Shown here: in pieces, positions 14,322-22,046 of the stretch
Numbering within the stretch: the first letter of the stretch is position 1
How the letters are laid out: each line of letters starts with the position of its first letter
IMG/VR virus record: IMGVR_UViG_3300003323_001187
Reading direction: 5' to 3' (one strand)
From: a virus
Length of the DNA: 64,000 nucleotides
The notes under the pieces: model-generated
Told to the model about the DNA's origin: nothing
The model's database searches: none
The model's input: only the letters and a program-made list of their open reading frames with translations
Program-made: the position numbers and the translations under genes

Positions 14322-15134
14322 TTATTCGCTTTTGGTTTTAAAATATTCGACAGCCTGGATCGGGCTTTCATCGCTTGCAAACACGTGGAAGATGATATGC
14401 TGTAGTGTTTCCAGCTTCTTCTTATCCACCTCTTCACCTGCAGATCCAATGGCCTTGAGGATAAGTTCCACTCGGTCCTTCGGCGTTTCCTTCTTCAACT
14501 TCTTCACGTTCTTTGCCGTGGCACGCTTACCGTTGGCTTGGGCGATCGCCTCGTCGACCATTTCCTTTGCTTCCTCTTCACCGGCCGAAGCTCGCATGAT
14601 GTTCGACACCGTGCGCCCGGAGATCTCGTCTTTGATCACTTTGTCCTTGATCTCCTTCGATGCCGAGGAGAGGTCCAGGAGATGCTGGATAGTCGGGATA
14701 GACCGGCTGAGCTTTGTGGCGATCTCGGCAACAGTGTACCCGTACGATGAGAATCGCTTTACGACTTCGGCCTGCTCAACCTGGTTGTACTTTTTCTGGA
14801 AGGCACCGGTCTGGAACATTTCAAGGAGCGCATCTTCCATGTTGCCGGTAAACGGCTTGATAGGGACAAGCTTGATGTCGTGGCCCTCTTCGATCGCCTT
14901 CATCGTTGCTCTCCAGCGGCGCTCGCCATCGATGAGCTCGTAGTACTCTTCACCTTTTCTTTTCCGGCATACCAGGGCGACCTTCACGCCATGCTTGATG
15001 ATGTCGTTCTTGAGCTCCTCATCCTCTGGCGTATTGAAGTCGGTGCGGACGTTGAAGCCCGACACCACGTGGATGTTTCGTGGGTCTACCCCACGGTACT
15101 CGATGTGCTTTGATTTATTCGTTTGTGTCTCCAT
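14322..15134 (-). CDS. ParB-like nuclease/partition domain protein
   Basis: ELIDGERRWRA motif (ParB GERRxRA box) within an N-terminal ParBc-like segment. A helix-turn-helix-like YTVAEIATKLSRSIPTIQ follows. Confidence 0.7.
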   Translation of the reverse strand: METQTNKSKHIEYRGVDPRNIHVVSGFNVRTDFNTPEDEELKNDIIKHGVKVALVCRKRKGEEYYELIDGERRWRATMKAIEEGHDIKLVPIKPFTGNMEDALLEMFQTGAFQKKYNQVEQAEVVKRFSSYGYTVAEIATKLSRSIPTIQHLLDLSSASKEIKDKVIKDEISGRTVSNIMRASAGEEEAKEMVDEAIAQANGKRATAKNVKKLKKETPKDRVELILKAIGSAGEEVDKKKLETLQHIIFHVFASDESPIQAVEYFKTKSE

Positions 15135-15513
15135 TTATGTTATGGTGTTGTTTTAACAATGATTGATTTGGCCAGTAAAGCTTATCGTGTCCCCGGCCAG
15201 ATTTTGATGGCACAGCTACAAGGTAGCTTTCGTTGGGCCGGGAAAAATTAAACTCCTCCCTGAAGAAGTCGAAGGCTTGTTCGTAGGTAGCTGCAGATAC
15301 CCAATCGTTTGTGTAGTCACTATTTTTTGGGCATAAATCCTGGTCCATCTGAACTTTTGTATGGTAATCCAATCCATAATTGAAAGGATTGCCAGTAAGA
15401 TAACCCGTAACCGAATCCTTCCTGTATGTGGCGAAACATGGTTCATTAAAGCCCAACTCTTTTAGGTCTTTTGCGGCTAAATACGGCACAAATTTTTTGT
15501 CTAATGCTCTCAT
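15115..15513 (-). CDS. hypothetical protein
   Basis: 132-aa ORF. Confidence 0.55.
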   Translation of the reverse strand: MRALDKKFVPYLAAKDLKELGFNEPCFATYRKDSVTGYLTGNPFNYGLDYHTKVQMDQDLCPKNSDYTNDWVSAATYEQAFDFFREEFNFSRPNESYLVAVPSKSGRGHDKLYWPNQSLLKQHHNINGDTNE

Positions 15514-15908
15514 GAATCCTCTCCTTCCTCTTTTTCTTCTTCCCGGGTATCTGAACCGTTTATAATGCCAATGATCGGGTTGAGGTAAATCTGAAAATCC
15601 TTGATGATCTGCCGACGCATTTCGATGTCGGCATTTTTGTTTGGATCGACAGGGCTTTCAATCGATGATCGTATCTCGTTGATGAATTCAATAATCTTGT
15701 CGACCTTGTTTTTCCATGGAGAAGAATCTATTTTGTAGGCGATCGTCTCTCTTGGAAATACACCAACAACAACTTCATCATCGGCATACTTGCCATGACT
15801 GACTAAGTTGGAAACTATCACGGATCCGGCGGAGTTCTTTTCAATCCTGTCTGCTTCAATCTCCATGTCGACCTTGGTCCCTGGAACTATTATCTTGTAT
15901 GTGTTCAT
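15510..15908 (-). CDS. hypothetical protein
   Basis: 132-aa ORF with 4-nt overlaps on both sides. Confidence 0.6.
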   Translation of the reverse strand: MNTYKIIVPGTKVDMEIEADRIEKNSAGSVIVSNLVSHGKYADDEVVVGVFPRETIAYKIDSSPWKNKVDKIIEFINEIRSSIESPVDPNKNADIEMRRQIIKDFQIYLNPIIGIINGSDTREEEKEEGEDS

Positions 15909-16369
15909 GCGTAAGGATTTTCTTTGAGCGTTGTTACATCGATGGCTTTTCCGGCCTCAATCAGCCCTCGGTAATCGATGAACCAGGAGTTGAGTATCTC
16001 AATGATCTTGAATGGGATTTCACCAAGCCAACCATAGAATCCTCTGTCTTTGATTAAATATTCACGTTCCTCCGTACACCAATCTATATGGTCTACTATG
16101 CCCATAGATTTTAATTTTTCGATCGGGCAAAAAGTCTCGCCGTTGATTGTGATTTGTTGAGTAAGACAGGAGATTGAAAATAACCATGGTTTCTGAGAAA
16201 TCACCCTGTACGGCTTCTTGCCAATAAATTGTTGAATATTATGCACTGTTAATTTGACATCACAGACATTGTTCGGTTGTCCTATAAACGATGGTTTCGA
16301 AACTTGTTCAATCATTAAACCATATGGCAAATACCCAGACAAAGCGATAAATAGATATTTTTCATTCAT
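15905..16369 (-). CDS. hypothetical protein
   Basis: 154-aa ORF with 4-nt overlaps. Confidence 0.6.
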   Translation of the reverse strand: MNEKYLFIALSGYLPYGLMIEQVSKPSFIGQPNNVCDVKLTVHNIQQFIGKKPYRVISQKPWLFSISCLTQQITINGETFCPIEKLKSMGIVDHIDWCTEEREYLIKDRGFYGWLGEIPFKIIEILNSWFIDYRGLIEAGKAIDVTTLKENPYA

Positions 16370-16647
16370 TTTCTAAAAGTATTAATAGCCCTCTCCCTCA
16401 TTACTGAGTAGTCAAGCTTTTGTTTTTTCTGAGCCCCGGATGATCCAGGGCAAAGCATGTTCCATTCGTATACGATGGATCCTGAAAAAAGTTTCACCGT
16501 TCCGTCACTGACTTCCATCCCTTCAATTTTCAACAGCTCATAAACCTGGGCATCAGTAAGAGGTTCTGAATAATCCCCGTCCTTTAGCTTTTCGCCAGAG
16601 AGCTTTGAAAGCATCTGTTCCTCAAATTCCTTTGGGCTCAGAATCAT
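16366..16647 (-). CDS. hypothetical protein
   Basis: 93-aa ORF. Confidence 0.55.
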   Translation of the reverse strand: MILSPKEFEEQMLSKLSGEKLKDGDYSEPLTDAQVYELLKIEGMEVSDGTVKLFSGSIVYEWNMLCPGSSGAQKKQKLDYSVMRERAINTFRK

Positions 16648-16718
16648 GTAGCTCGGAAGACCCTGGTGCTTGCACCATTCAATATATGCGGCGTACGTAT
16701 ACTCATTCGGAACATTGT

Positions 16719-16868
16719 TTACCGGCCGGGAGGGGTCGATGATGAACTTAAATGTTCACAGAAAATGAGCATTGTCTTTGGGCCCAATCCATTTGTTGTT
16801 TCCCCACATTTAGGGCATGTAATTGGCTCACCGAAGAGTTGCACTCCCATATTTACTTTCTTGCTCAT
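16719..16868 (-). CDS. small zinc-ribbon-like protein (49 aa, below track cutoff)
   Basis: Own translation: MSKKVNMGVQLFGEPITCPKCGETTNGLGPKTMLIFCEHLSSSSTPPGR. ATGA overlap with the upstream stop. Confidence 0.4.
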   Translation of the reverse strand: MSKKVNMGVQLFGEPITCPKCGETTNGLGPKTMLIFCEHLSSSSTPPGR

Positions 16869-17209
16869 TCGTTTTGTCTTCTAAATGATCTGGTACAATT
16901 CTCGCAAGTTACGTCTTTCCAGTTACTTGTGAAGTTTCTGTGTTCAGTAAGCAGTCCACATTGAGTTTTTACACCCTCTGAAAAATGGACTTTATTGCCA
17001 ATGTTTTGGAACGCTATTCTCTTCCTGCAGTCCGGGCAATAATCTTTGGTAGAGTGAAATGGTCGTTTCCATCCAGATTGTTTTGCCTTTTCAATCTGAA
17101 CCCGTGGAGATAAATAAGATGTCTCGGGATCCGCTCCAAAAACGTTTCGACAGTGAACGCCTTCAAATTCTCCATCGCATATTAAGAAATGTTGAGTGAT
17201 TAATGTCAT
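16865..17209 (-). CDS. Cys-rich (zinc-binding) hypothetical protein
   Basis: 114 aa; CPDCRKR and CENC pairs. Confidence 0.55.
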   Translation of the reverse strand: MTLITQHFLICDGEFEGVHCRNVFGADPETSYLSPRVQIEKAKQSGWKRPFHSTKDYCPDCRKRIAFQNIGNKVHFSEGVKTQCGLLTEHRNFTSNWKDVTCENCTRSFRRQNE

Positions 17210-17290
17210 TTTCTTTTCTGATTCGAATACCGACGGAAAGAAATCTTCCCGCCGGTTTCACCTAATAAAAACTAACACTTATGACTATGT

Positions 17291-17605
17291 CTACCCATGC
17301 TGGGCAGCTTCTTTTTGCTCCATCTCTTTGTAGAGATCGGAGCTTAATATTCCGTCTTTTTTGTAGTCGTACTCGAATGGTGTCCAATTCGGGATCAGGA
17401 AGCGCGATATCTTCCATTCATGGAGATTCTTTTCCCCAAGATATCGATGTTTAGCTTCAATAATCTTATCTGCAGTTAACGTAATCGGCGCATCTTTTGT
17501 TTGGTTGCGCTTCTTCCCTACCCGAAGCATGCCGACAGACTCAAGCATTTTCATCTGTCGGTCGATCGCTTTTTTAATTTCCTTGTCACTTGGCTTTTTG
17601 TCCAT
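17291..17605 (-). CDS. hypothetical protein
   Basis: 104-aa ORF. Confidence 0.55.
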   Translation of the reverse strand: MDKKPSDKEIKKAIDRQMKMLESVGMLRVGKKRNQTKDAPITLTADKIIEAKHRYLGEKNLHEWKISRFLIPNWTPFEYDYKKDGILSSDLYKEMEQKEAAQHG

Positions 17606-17620
17606 CGTCGTTCGATTTAA

Positions 17621-17818
17621 TTACTGTTGTTTTTCTTCCGCACACCATACACGTGCAATCATATTCATTTCCTGTTTTGTAGAAAAAAGCATGATAGGTG
17701 AATTTGCGGCACGATCTGCAATATTTTCGTTCCATTTATCGGTACTTATTTGCGATCGTTTTAATCTGATCCTCTTCTTCAACTGTAAGCTGGAGCCGGG
17801 CATCCGAAATTTTGGCAA
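17621..17818 (-). CDS. hypothetical protein (uncertain)
   Basis: 65-aa ORF overlapping 17736..18020 by 83 nt. Only the distal half looks coding. Confidence 0.25.
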   Translation of the reverse strand: MPKFRMPGSSLQLKKRIRLKRSQISTDKWNENIADRAANSPIMLFSTKQEMNMIARVWCAEEKQQ

Positions 17819-18020
17819 GGGCAGTGATCAGTTCGTCCGTTGAATATGTTCCGTCAGATGTAAATCGTTCATCTTCTGCTTCAGTTTCTTCGTCAGGATC
17901 CTTGATCAGGTCATCGTCGATCAAAAGCTCGATCAACTGTTCTTTTTCTCTTGAGCTACATTCTTCGTAGACTTTATCGATTTCGAGATAGATTTGTGGC
18001 ATACTATTTTTTCTTAGCAA
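17736..18020 (-). CDS. acidic hypothetical protein
   Basis: 94-aa ORF, Asp/Glu-rich. Confidence 0.5.
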   Translation of the reverse strand: MLRKNSMPQIYLEIDKVYEECSSREKEQLIELLIDDDLIKDPDEETEAEDERFTSDGTYSTDELITALAKISDARLQLTVEEEDQIKTIANKYR

Positions 18021-18318
18021 TTATTACTGTTGGTATTGAAACTTCCTCGCCGGAAATCTCAGCGTTTCGGTAACACAAAAAATGTGATCTCACTTTTCCC
18101 TTGTGCTCGGAGTGTTTGAGTAAGATCGACCTGTTGAATCCGGAAAATTGCACATGACCGGAAAACCATTTTGTTGTGTCTCCTGATAGGTATTTGACAG
18201 GGACGTACAACTCGTCAAGTTCATTTTTTCCATAGAGTGTTAGAATTTCATCTCCAGGTCGTATTTTTTTTTCGTATGTGTTTTCCGACCAGTCCTTTTT
18301 TTTGTTGGTTTCAGTCAT
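18004..18318 (-). CDS. hypothetical protein
   Basis: 104-aa ORF. Confidence 0.55.
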   Translation of the reverse strand: MTETNKKKDWSENTYEKKIRPGDEILTLYGKNELDELYVPVKYLSGDTTKWFSGHVQFSGFNRSILLKHSEHKGKVRSHFLCYRNAEISGEEVSIPTVIIAKKK

Positions 18319-18700
18319 GATTATTTGATTCAGTTATTTCTTCTTCAATAAGCTTCAGGTAGAGATCATAGATTTTGTTGGTCAGCGTTTTTACGTCTCC
18401 GGCTGACTCGGCAATGTAGTCAAAAATAATATTCACTTGGTAGGCGATATCCCCCATGCTCATTTTGTTTTTGTCAAAAACGATCACGGGAATCCCGTCG
18501 GCATGATTCATCGTGAGAGCTGGGCCGTCCATGCTATAAACAGCGTCAACTATATCTCGCATTGGGTGCCGGTAATATCGCTTTCCAAGCGCTTTGATAA
18601 GGTTCTCTGCGGTCCACGACTCAATGAAGATGACCTTGATGTTTCTTATACTGCTTGTACCGTAAATCTGGTCAGAAATGTCTATGATGAACGATGTCAT
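18311..18700 (-). CDS. hypothetical protein
   Basis: 129-aa ORF. Confidence 0.55.
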   Translation of the reverse strand: MTSFIIDISDQIYGTSSIRNIKVIFIESWTAENLIKALGKRYYRHPMRDIVDAVYSMDGPALTMNHADGIPVIVFDKNKMSMGDIAYQVNIIFDYIAESAGDVKTLTNKIYDLYLKLIEEEITESNNHD

Positions 18701-18807
18701 GTAACTTGCTGTGTTTTCTTAATTGTTACGCAGCTATTCATTAAAGGTTTCATTTTAACCAAAATTTACCATTCTCATTTTTCAACCATACTTTCATCCA
18801 TGAAACC

Positions 18808-19563
18808 TTAATAACTACTAATTTCTTTATTCGAACTACGCGTAATGACACTTCCGAAGCAAACTTTGATCATTCCGTAGGCAGGCATTGGCATGACAAA
18901 TGCTCCTGGAAACTCCATTCGAAGGCGGTCGTAGTCCAAAATCATGTTTTTAACCGGGTAAAATAAGCTTTTAACCTCTCGGTGAATGTCATTGCACTCG
19001 TTGAGCACTTTACGGGCCCTGTATCGCGTTATTTTGAGCCTATTCGCAGTGTGTCGATCTGAAGACACGATTGAATGTTGGATACTCGCTTCGATTTTAT
19101 CAGCACAAGTGTACAACCCCATTTTCTGGAGCTGCTTCATGGATTTTTTTACGGTCTGATGATTATTCGATGAGAGTGCCGACTTCAGTCGTATCATATA
19201 CTCTTGGGGAGCGACTACGTTATCGAGCAGAAGCTTGCCATAGAGTTCGTCAGTGATCTTTTTTATGGAAAATTCTTGGTGGCGGGACCACTTGTTTGGT
19301 CCGAGTATGCTGTGAAAATTGAATTTAAGCCCTATTTCTTCCTGGAATGCGCAACAAATTTCAGAAAACTTTTTGATCTGATAGTAATCTCCAGATTCTG
19401 TCACCCATCCCTCTGAAATGCACTGTTCAAGCAGCTTGCAGAAAGTTGTTGGATGCACTCCATAGTCACATGCAAGCTTGTATTTTGCCTTTTTAAGGAT
19501 TTTTGAGTTCCTTTTTTTGCGCTTGAATGCAATTATTAGAGAAAAAGCTTTAATTTTGTTCAC
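18808..19563 (-). CDS. hypothetical protein, possible winged-helix DNA-binding
   Basis: 251-aa ORF; basic N-terminus followed by an HTH-like YGVHPTTFCKLLEQCISEGWV. Confidence 0.55.
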   Translation of the reverse strand: MNKIKAFSLIIAFKRKKRNSKILKKAKYKLACDYGVHPTTFCKLLEQCISEGWVTESGDYYQIKKFSEICCAFQEEIGLKFNFHSILGPNKWSRHQEFSIKKITDELYGKLLLDNVVAPQEYMIRLKSALSSNNHQTVKKSMKQLQKMGLYTCADKIEASIQHSIVSSDRHTANRLKITRYRARKVLNECNDIHREVKSLFYPVKNMILDYDRLRMEFPGAFVMPMPAYGMIKVCFGSVITRSSNKEISSY

Positions 19564-19624
19564 GGTTGTTCATTTATTTTCTTGTGAAAATCGGTCCTTT
19601 ACAGGAAATATTGAATTTAGTTTG

Positions 19625-19648
19625 AAATCCCAGTATGCGCTGGGATTT
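19625..19648. terminator. terminator-like hairpin
   Basis: 9-bp stem AAATCCCAG/CTGGGATTT with a 6-nt loop, directly after the stop of 19654..20172. The T run is on the plus-strand side only. Confidence 0.4.
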
Positions 19649-19653
19649 TTTCG

Positions 19654-20172
19654 TTATATTAGCTCATCAGTTTTTTCATGAGACTTGTTTGGCTCTGCAT
19701 TGGCTCCTGGTTCTTCTGAATCGGGAGCTTCTGTTTCAATACCATTCTCCTCAGCGAGCTGCCCCACCTTGATGTTGAGATATTTCGCAATGGACGTGTC
19801 CATTCCACATGCCTGTAGGATTTTTATACCCATTTCCATGCTATCGATGCGAATCTCAAGTTCTTTGTCGGACCCTGGCTTTACGATGATCCATTCCGGC
19901 TTGGAAGTATCGATGTATCGAGACAGATTAAAGCCGTCTTTGCTGTAAACCCGGCAGAGAAGCACATCATCTGCATCTCGGACTTCGTTTTGTTCGAATC
20001 CAAGATCTTCAGGAATAAAAGGATCGTTTCTGAGGAATATACCGCACACTTCGGCCTCGAAAAAGAGGTCCATGAGCTGTTTTGTCACTTTCCCATTTGC
20101 TTCTTCAAGTTCCTGAACGCGGGCCAGCAGTTCGACTACGGTATACCGCTTTTTTTCTTTTTTCTGAGTCAT
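19654..20172 (-). CDS. hypothetical protein
   Basis: 172-aa ORF. Confidence 0.6.
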   Translation of the reverse strand: MTQKKEKKRYTVVELLARVQELEEANGKVTKQLMDLFFEAEVCGIFLRNDPFIPEDLGFEQNEVRDADDVLLCRVYSKDGFNLSRYIDTSKPEWIIVKPGSDKELEIRIDSMEMGIKILQACGMDTSIAKYLNIKVGQLAEENGIETEAPDSEEPGANAEPNKSHEKTDELI

Positions 20173-20192
20173 ATTTCCTTGGTTATTGTAAT

Positions 20193-20216
20193 AAAGCGCC
20201 CGTTTCCAGGCGCTTT
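20193..20216 (-). terminator. intrinsic terminator after the three-paralog operon
   Basis: 8-bp stem AAAGCGCC/GGCGCTTT with an 8-nt loop, starting right after the TAA of 20218..20994. Confidence 0.55.
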
Positions 20217-20217
20217 T

Positions 20218-20994
20218 TTAGTAGTAGAATCGGAACAGAATAGTTGTGTTGGAAAGAATTCCGTCCGCAGCTGTACCATTCAGTCCTGAAGTGTGAACTG
20301 TTGCTACCAGTCCCGAGAACGTTGTTTGCCATAATCCGGAACCACCAACAATTCTTACACCAGATGGCGAGTAGAAAAAGCTTGGAGCATCTATGCCGGT
20401 AAAATCGAAAAGGTACGTTCCGGTTGCCGATCGGGACACGGCTGGTGTTAAACCGGTTTCATTGATGTCTTCTGACACAATGGTTGGCGCAGATGTGGAA
20501 GTTTGAGTTACGGTAAAGATGTAATCACGGAATGACTTTATGGTCCCGTTGGGGTTTTGAAATGAATAAGCAAAAATGGAGCCTCCCATCGGGTCAACGT
20601 TTATTTTTGCGATCGGGTCATCCGGGTTTGTTCTATCCAATCCAACAATGGACGCCCCACTCATTGCAAAAGAGCTGGTTTCGGCAGTCAGATCGATTGT
20701 TGAAGTTGTAGTATTGCCTGAATCGACAACATCCTGAAGTGTTGGCACAGTTCCGGGACCACTTCCGCCTCCGGCATTGATGGCAGCGATTATCGAATCG
20801 TAATCAGAGTCTCTGGCTGATTCGGAAGCATATTTCCATTCTACGTCAGGTTTGTTTTCGAACTGGAAAATAATGCTGTACCGGCCACGGGCAACGGCAC
20901 TTTGGGGAAGAGTTTCTCTGGTTATGTTTTGGATCTCTTGGCTGTTCACAGCGTCAAACTCCCCGGGAAGAGATCCTGTTGGTTGGATCACCAT
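20218..20994 (-). CDS. hypothetical protein: shared about 75-aa N-module + Gly linker + Thr/Ser/Gly-rich C-domain
   Basis: 258 aa; the N-terminal RGRYSIIFQFENKPDVEWKYASESARDSDYDSIIAAI module recurs in the two upstream genes. Confidence 0.65.
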   Translation of the reverse strand: MVIQPTGSLPGEFDAVNSQEIQNITRETLPQSAVARGRYSIIFQFENKPDVEWKYASESARDSDYDSIIAAINAGGGSGPGTVPTLQDVVDSGNTTTSTIDLTAETSSFAMSGASIVGLDRTNPDDPIAKINVDPMGGSIFAYSFQNPNGTIKSFRDYIFTVTQTSTSAPTIVSEDINETGLTPAVSRSATGTYLFDFTGIDAPSFFYSPSGVRIVGGSGLWQTTFSGLVATVHTSGLNGTAADGILSNTTILFRFYY

Positions 20995-20997
20995 GAC

Positions 20998-21267
20998 TTA
21001 TACAGCTGTTGATGCAAGCGTGATAATGGCATTGTATGCGGTATTTCGAGCCGCATCTGTCGTCCACTTCCAGGTAACACGTGTAGGGACTCCGGACCCT
21101 ACACCACGCAGAGCAAAAGAAATTCCATACAATGGTTTGTTGTTGTTCGTTCCGGAATCCGGAACAGTCACTTTGCTCAACGTCGCAATGTTTTCGATGT
21201 TGATTGGATCTACAGCGCCACCAACGGTAGTTGTAGAATGGATTAATGGTTTAGTTAACGCACTCAT
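20998..21267 (-). CDS. hypothetical protein (stand-alone copy of the shared module)
   Basis: 89 aa; LYGISFALRG...RVTWKWTTDAARNTAYNAIITL. Confidence 0.6.
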   Translation of the reverse strand: MSALTKPLIHSTTTVGGAVDPINIENIATLSKVTVPDSGTNNNKPLYGISFALRGVGSGVPTRVTWKWTTDAARNTAYNAIITLASTAV

Positions 21268-21270
21268 GAC

Positions 21271-21525
21271 TTAGTTTTTAAGAGTATTTGTGTACTGCTT
21301 TATCAGCCTGTCAAAGTCACAATCTCTGTCGCTTTCTGACTGGTATTTCCAGAAAATAGAACTTGGCCCAACGCTTCCGTTCTCCCTTCTAAATTCTATT
21401 TGATGGCGGCCATTGTCCTTTTTTGAAGAAGGATGATCGAACTTTTTGAAAGTGGACATAACATCCAGGTTCACGGGTTCCTTATCAATTCCAATGGCCA
21501 AGTCAGAAACGACATAGCAGCTCAT
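21271..21525 (-). CDS. hypothetical protein (stand-alone copy of the shared module)
   Basis: ATG at 21525 (MSCYVV...) inside track ORF 21271..21567; GRHQIEFRRENG...IFWKYQSESDRDCDFDRLI. Confidence 0.55.
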   Translation of the reverse strand: MSCYVVSDLAIGIDKEPVNLDVMSTFKKFDHPSSKKDNGRHQIEFRRENGSVGPSSIFWKYQSESDRDCDFDRLIKQYTNTLKN

Positions 21526-21598
21526 GGCTTTCAATTTTTCCGGTAAATGTATGAAAAAATTATACATTTGTCTTGTACGTCAAAAATTTAAAGCCATG
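21523..21598. promoter_or_regulatory. 76-bp two-fold symmetric divergent control region
   Basis: CATGGCTTTCAATTTTT (21523-21539) mirrors AAAAATTTAAAGCCATG (21582-21598) at 16 of 17 positions. An inner palindrome is AAATGTAT/ATACATTT. A TACATTTG -7 box faces the plus-strand genes and TACATTTA faces the minus-strand genes. Confidence 0.6.
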
Positions 21599-22045
21599 CA
21601 GCAACAAACCTTTCTTAATGCGCTGGGCTCCATTGAATCATCAGTTGAGATGATTAATGCTGCCTATCACCGCATAGACATCCTGAATTCTAAAGCTCAA
21701 GACTCGCAAGAGCATCAAGAGTCGCAGGAGCCTGAATTGAAGGACCGATCATGCCTGGAAAAACTTTTCATCGCGGTATGCACTATCAAAAAGGAATTCT
21801 ACAAAAAAGTAGGAGAATCTTTTTCGATGGTTGACATTAACACGTCCAAACAAGATGTCATCGCTGCAAGCATTAAAGACCCTCTGTCTTTCATTGAAGA
21901 AATGAAGTCATCGATAGAATTGGAAATGGATCACATAACTTCCAAGCCTTATTTAATATCCGATTCAGGAGTTAAGGTCAGTTTGGAAACGAACCTAATG
22001 AAAAAGGCAAAAAAAACGATTTTGGACTGCTTAAAAAAGCTCTAA
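21596..22045 (+). CDS. hypothetical protein, small-terminase candidate by position only
   Basis: ATG at 21596 inside track ORF 21524..22045; 149 aa, immediately upstream of TerL. Confidence 0.5.
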   Translation: MQQQTFLNALGSIESSVEMINAAYHRIDILNSKAQDSQEHQESQEPELKDRSCLEKLFIAVCTIKKEFYKKVGESFSMVDINTSKQDVIAASIKDPLSFIEEMKSSIELEMDHITSKPYLISDSGVKVSLETNLMKKAKKTILDCLKKL

Positions 22046-22046
22046 A

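Noticed and set aside
13767-14943. 212-aa and 203-aa plus-strand ORFs opposite the zinc-ribbon and ParB-like genes.
   Set aside because: The minus-strand products carry clear motifs (zinc ribbon, GERRWRA). The plus-strand translations are Ser/Arg/Phe-rich noise.
16647-16760. The frame of 16366..16647 stays open about 37 codons upstream of its ATG and overlaps the end of the 49-aa zinc-ribbon ORF. Considered as a frameshift site.
   Set aside because: No slippery heptamer lies in the overlap, a good ATG exists at 16647, and an open stretch of that length is unremarkable.
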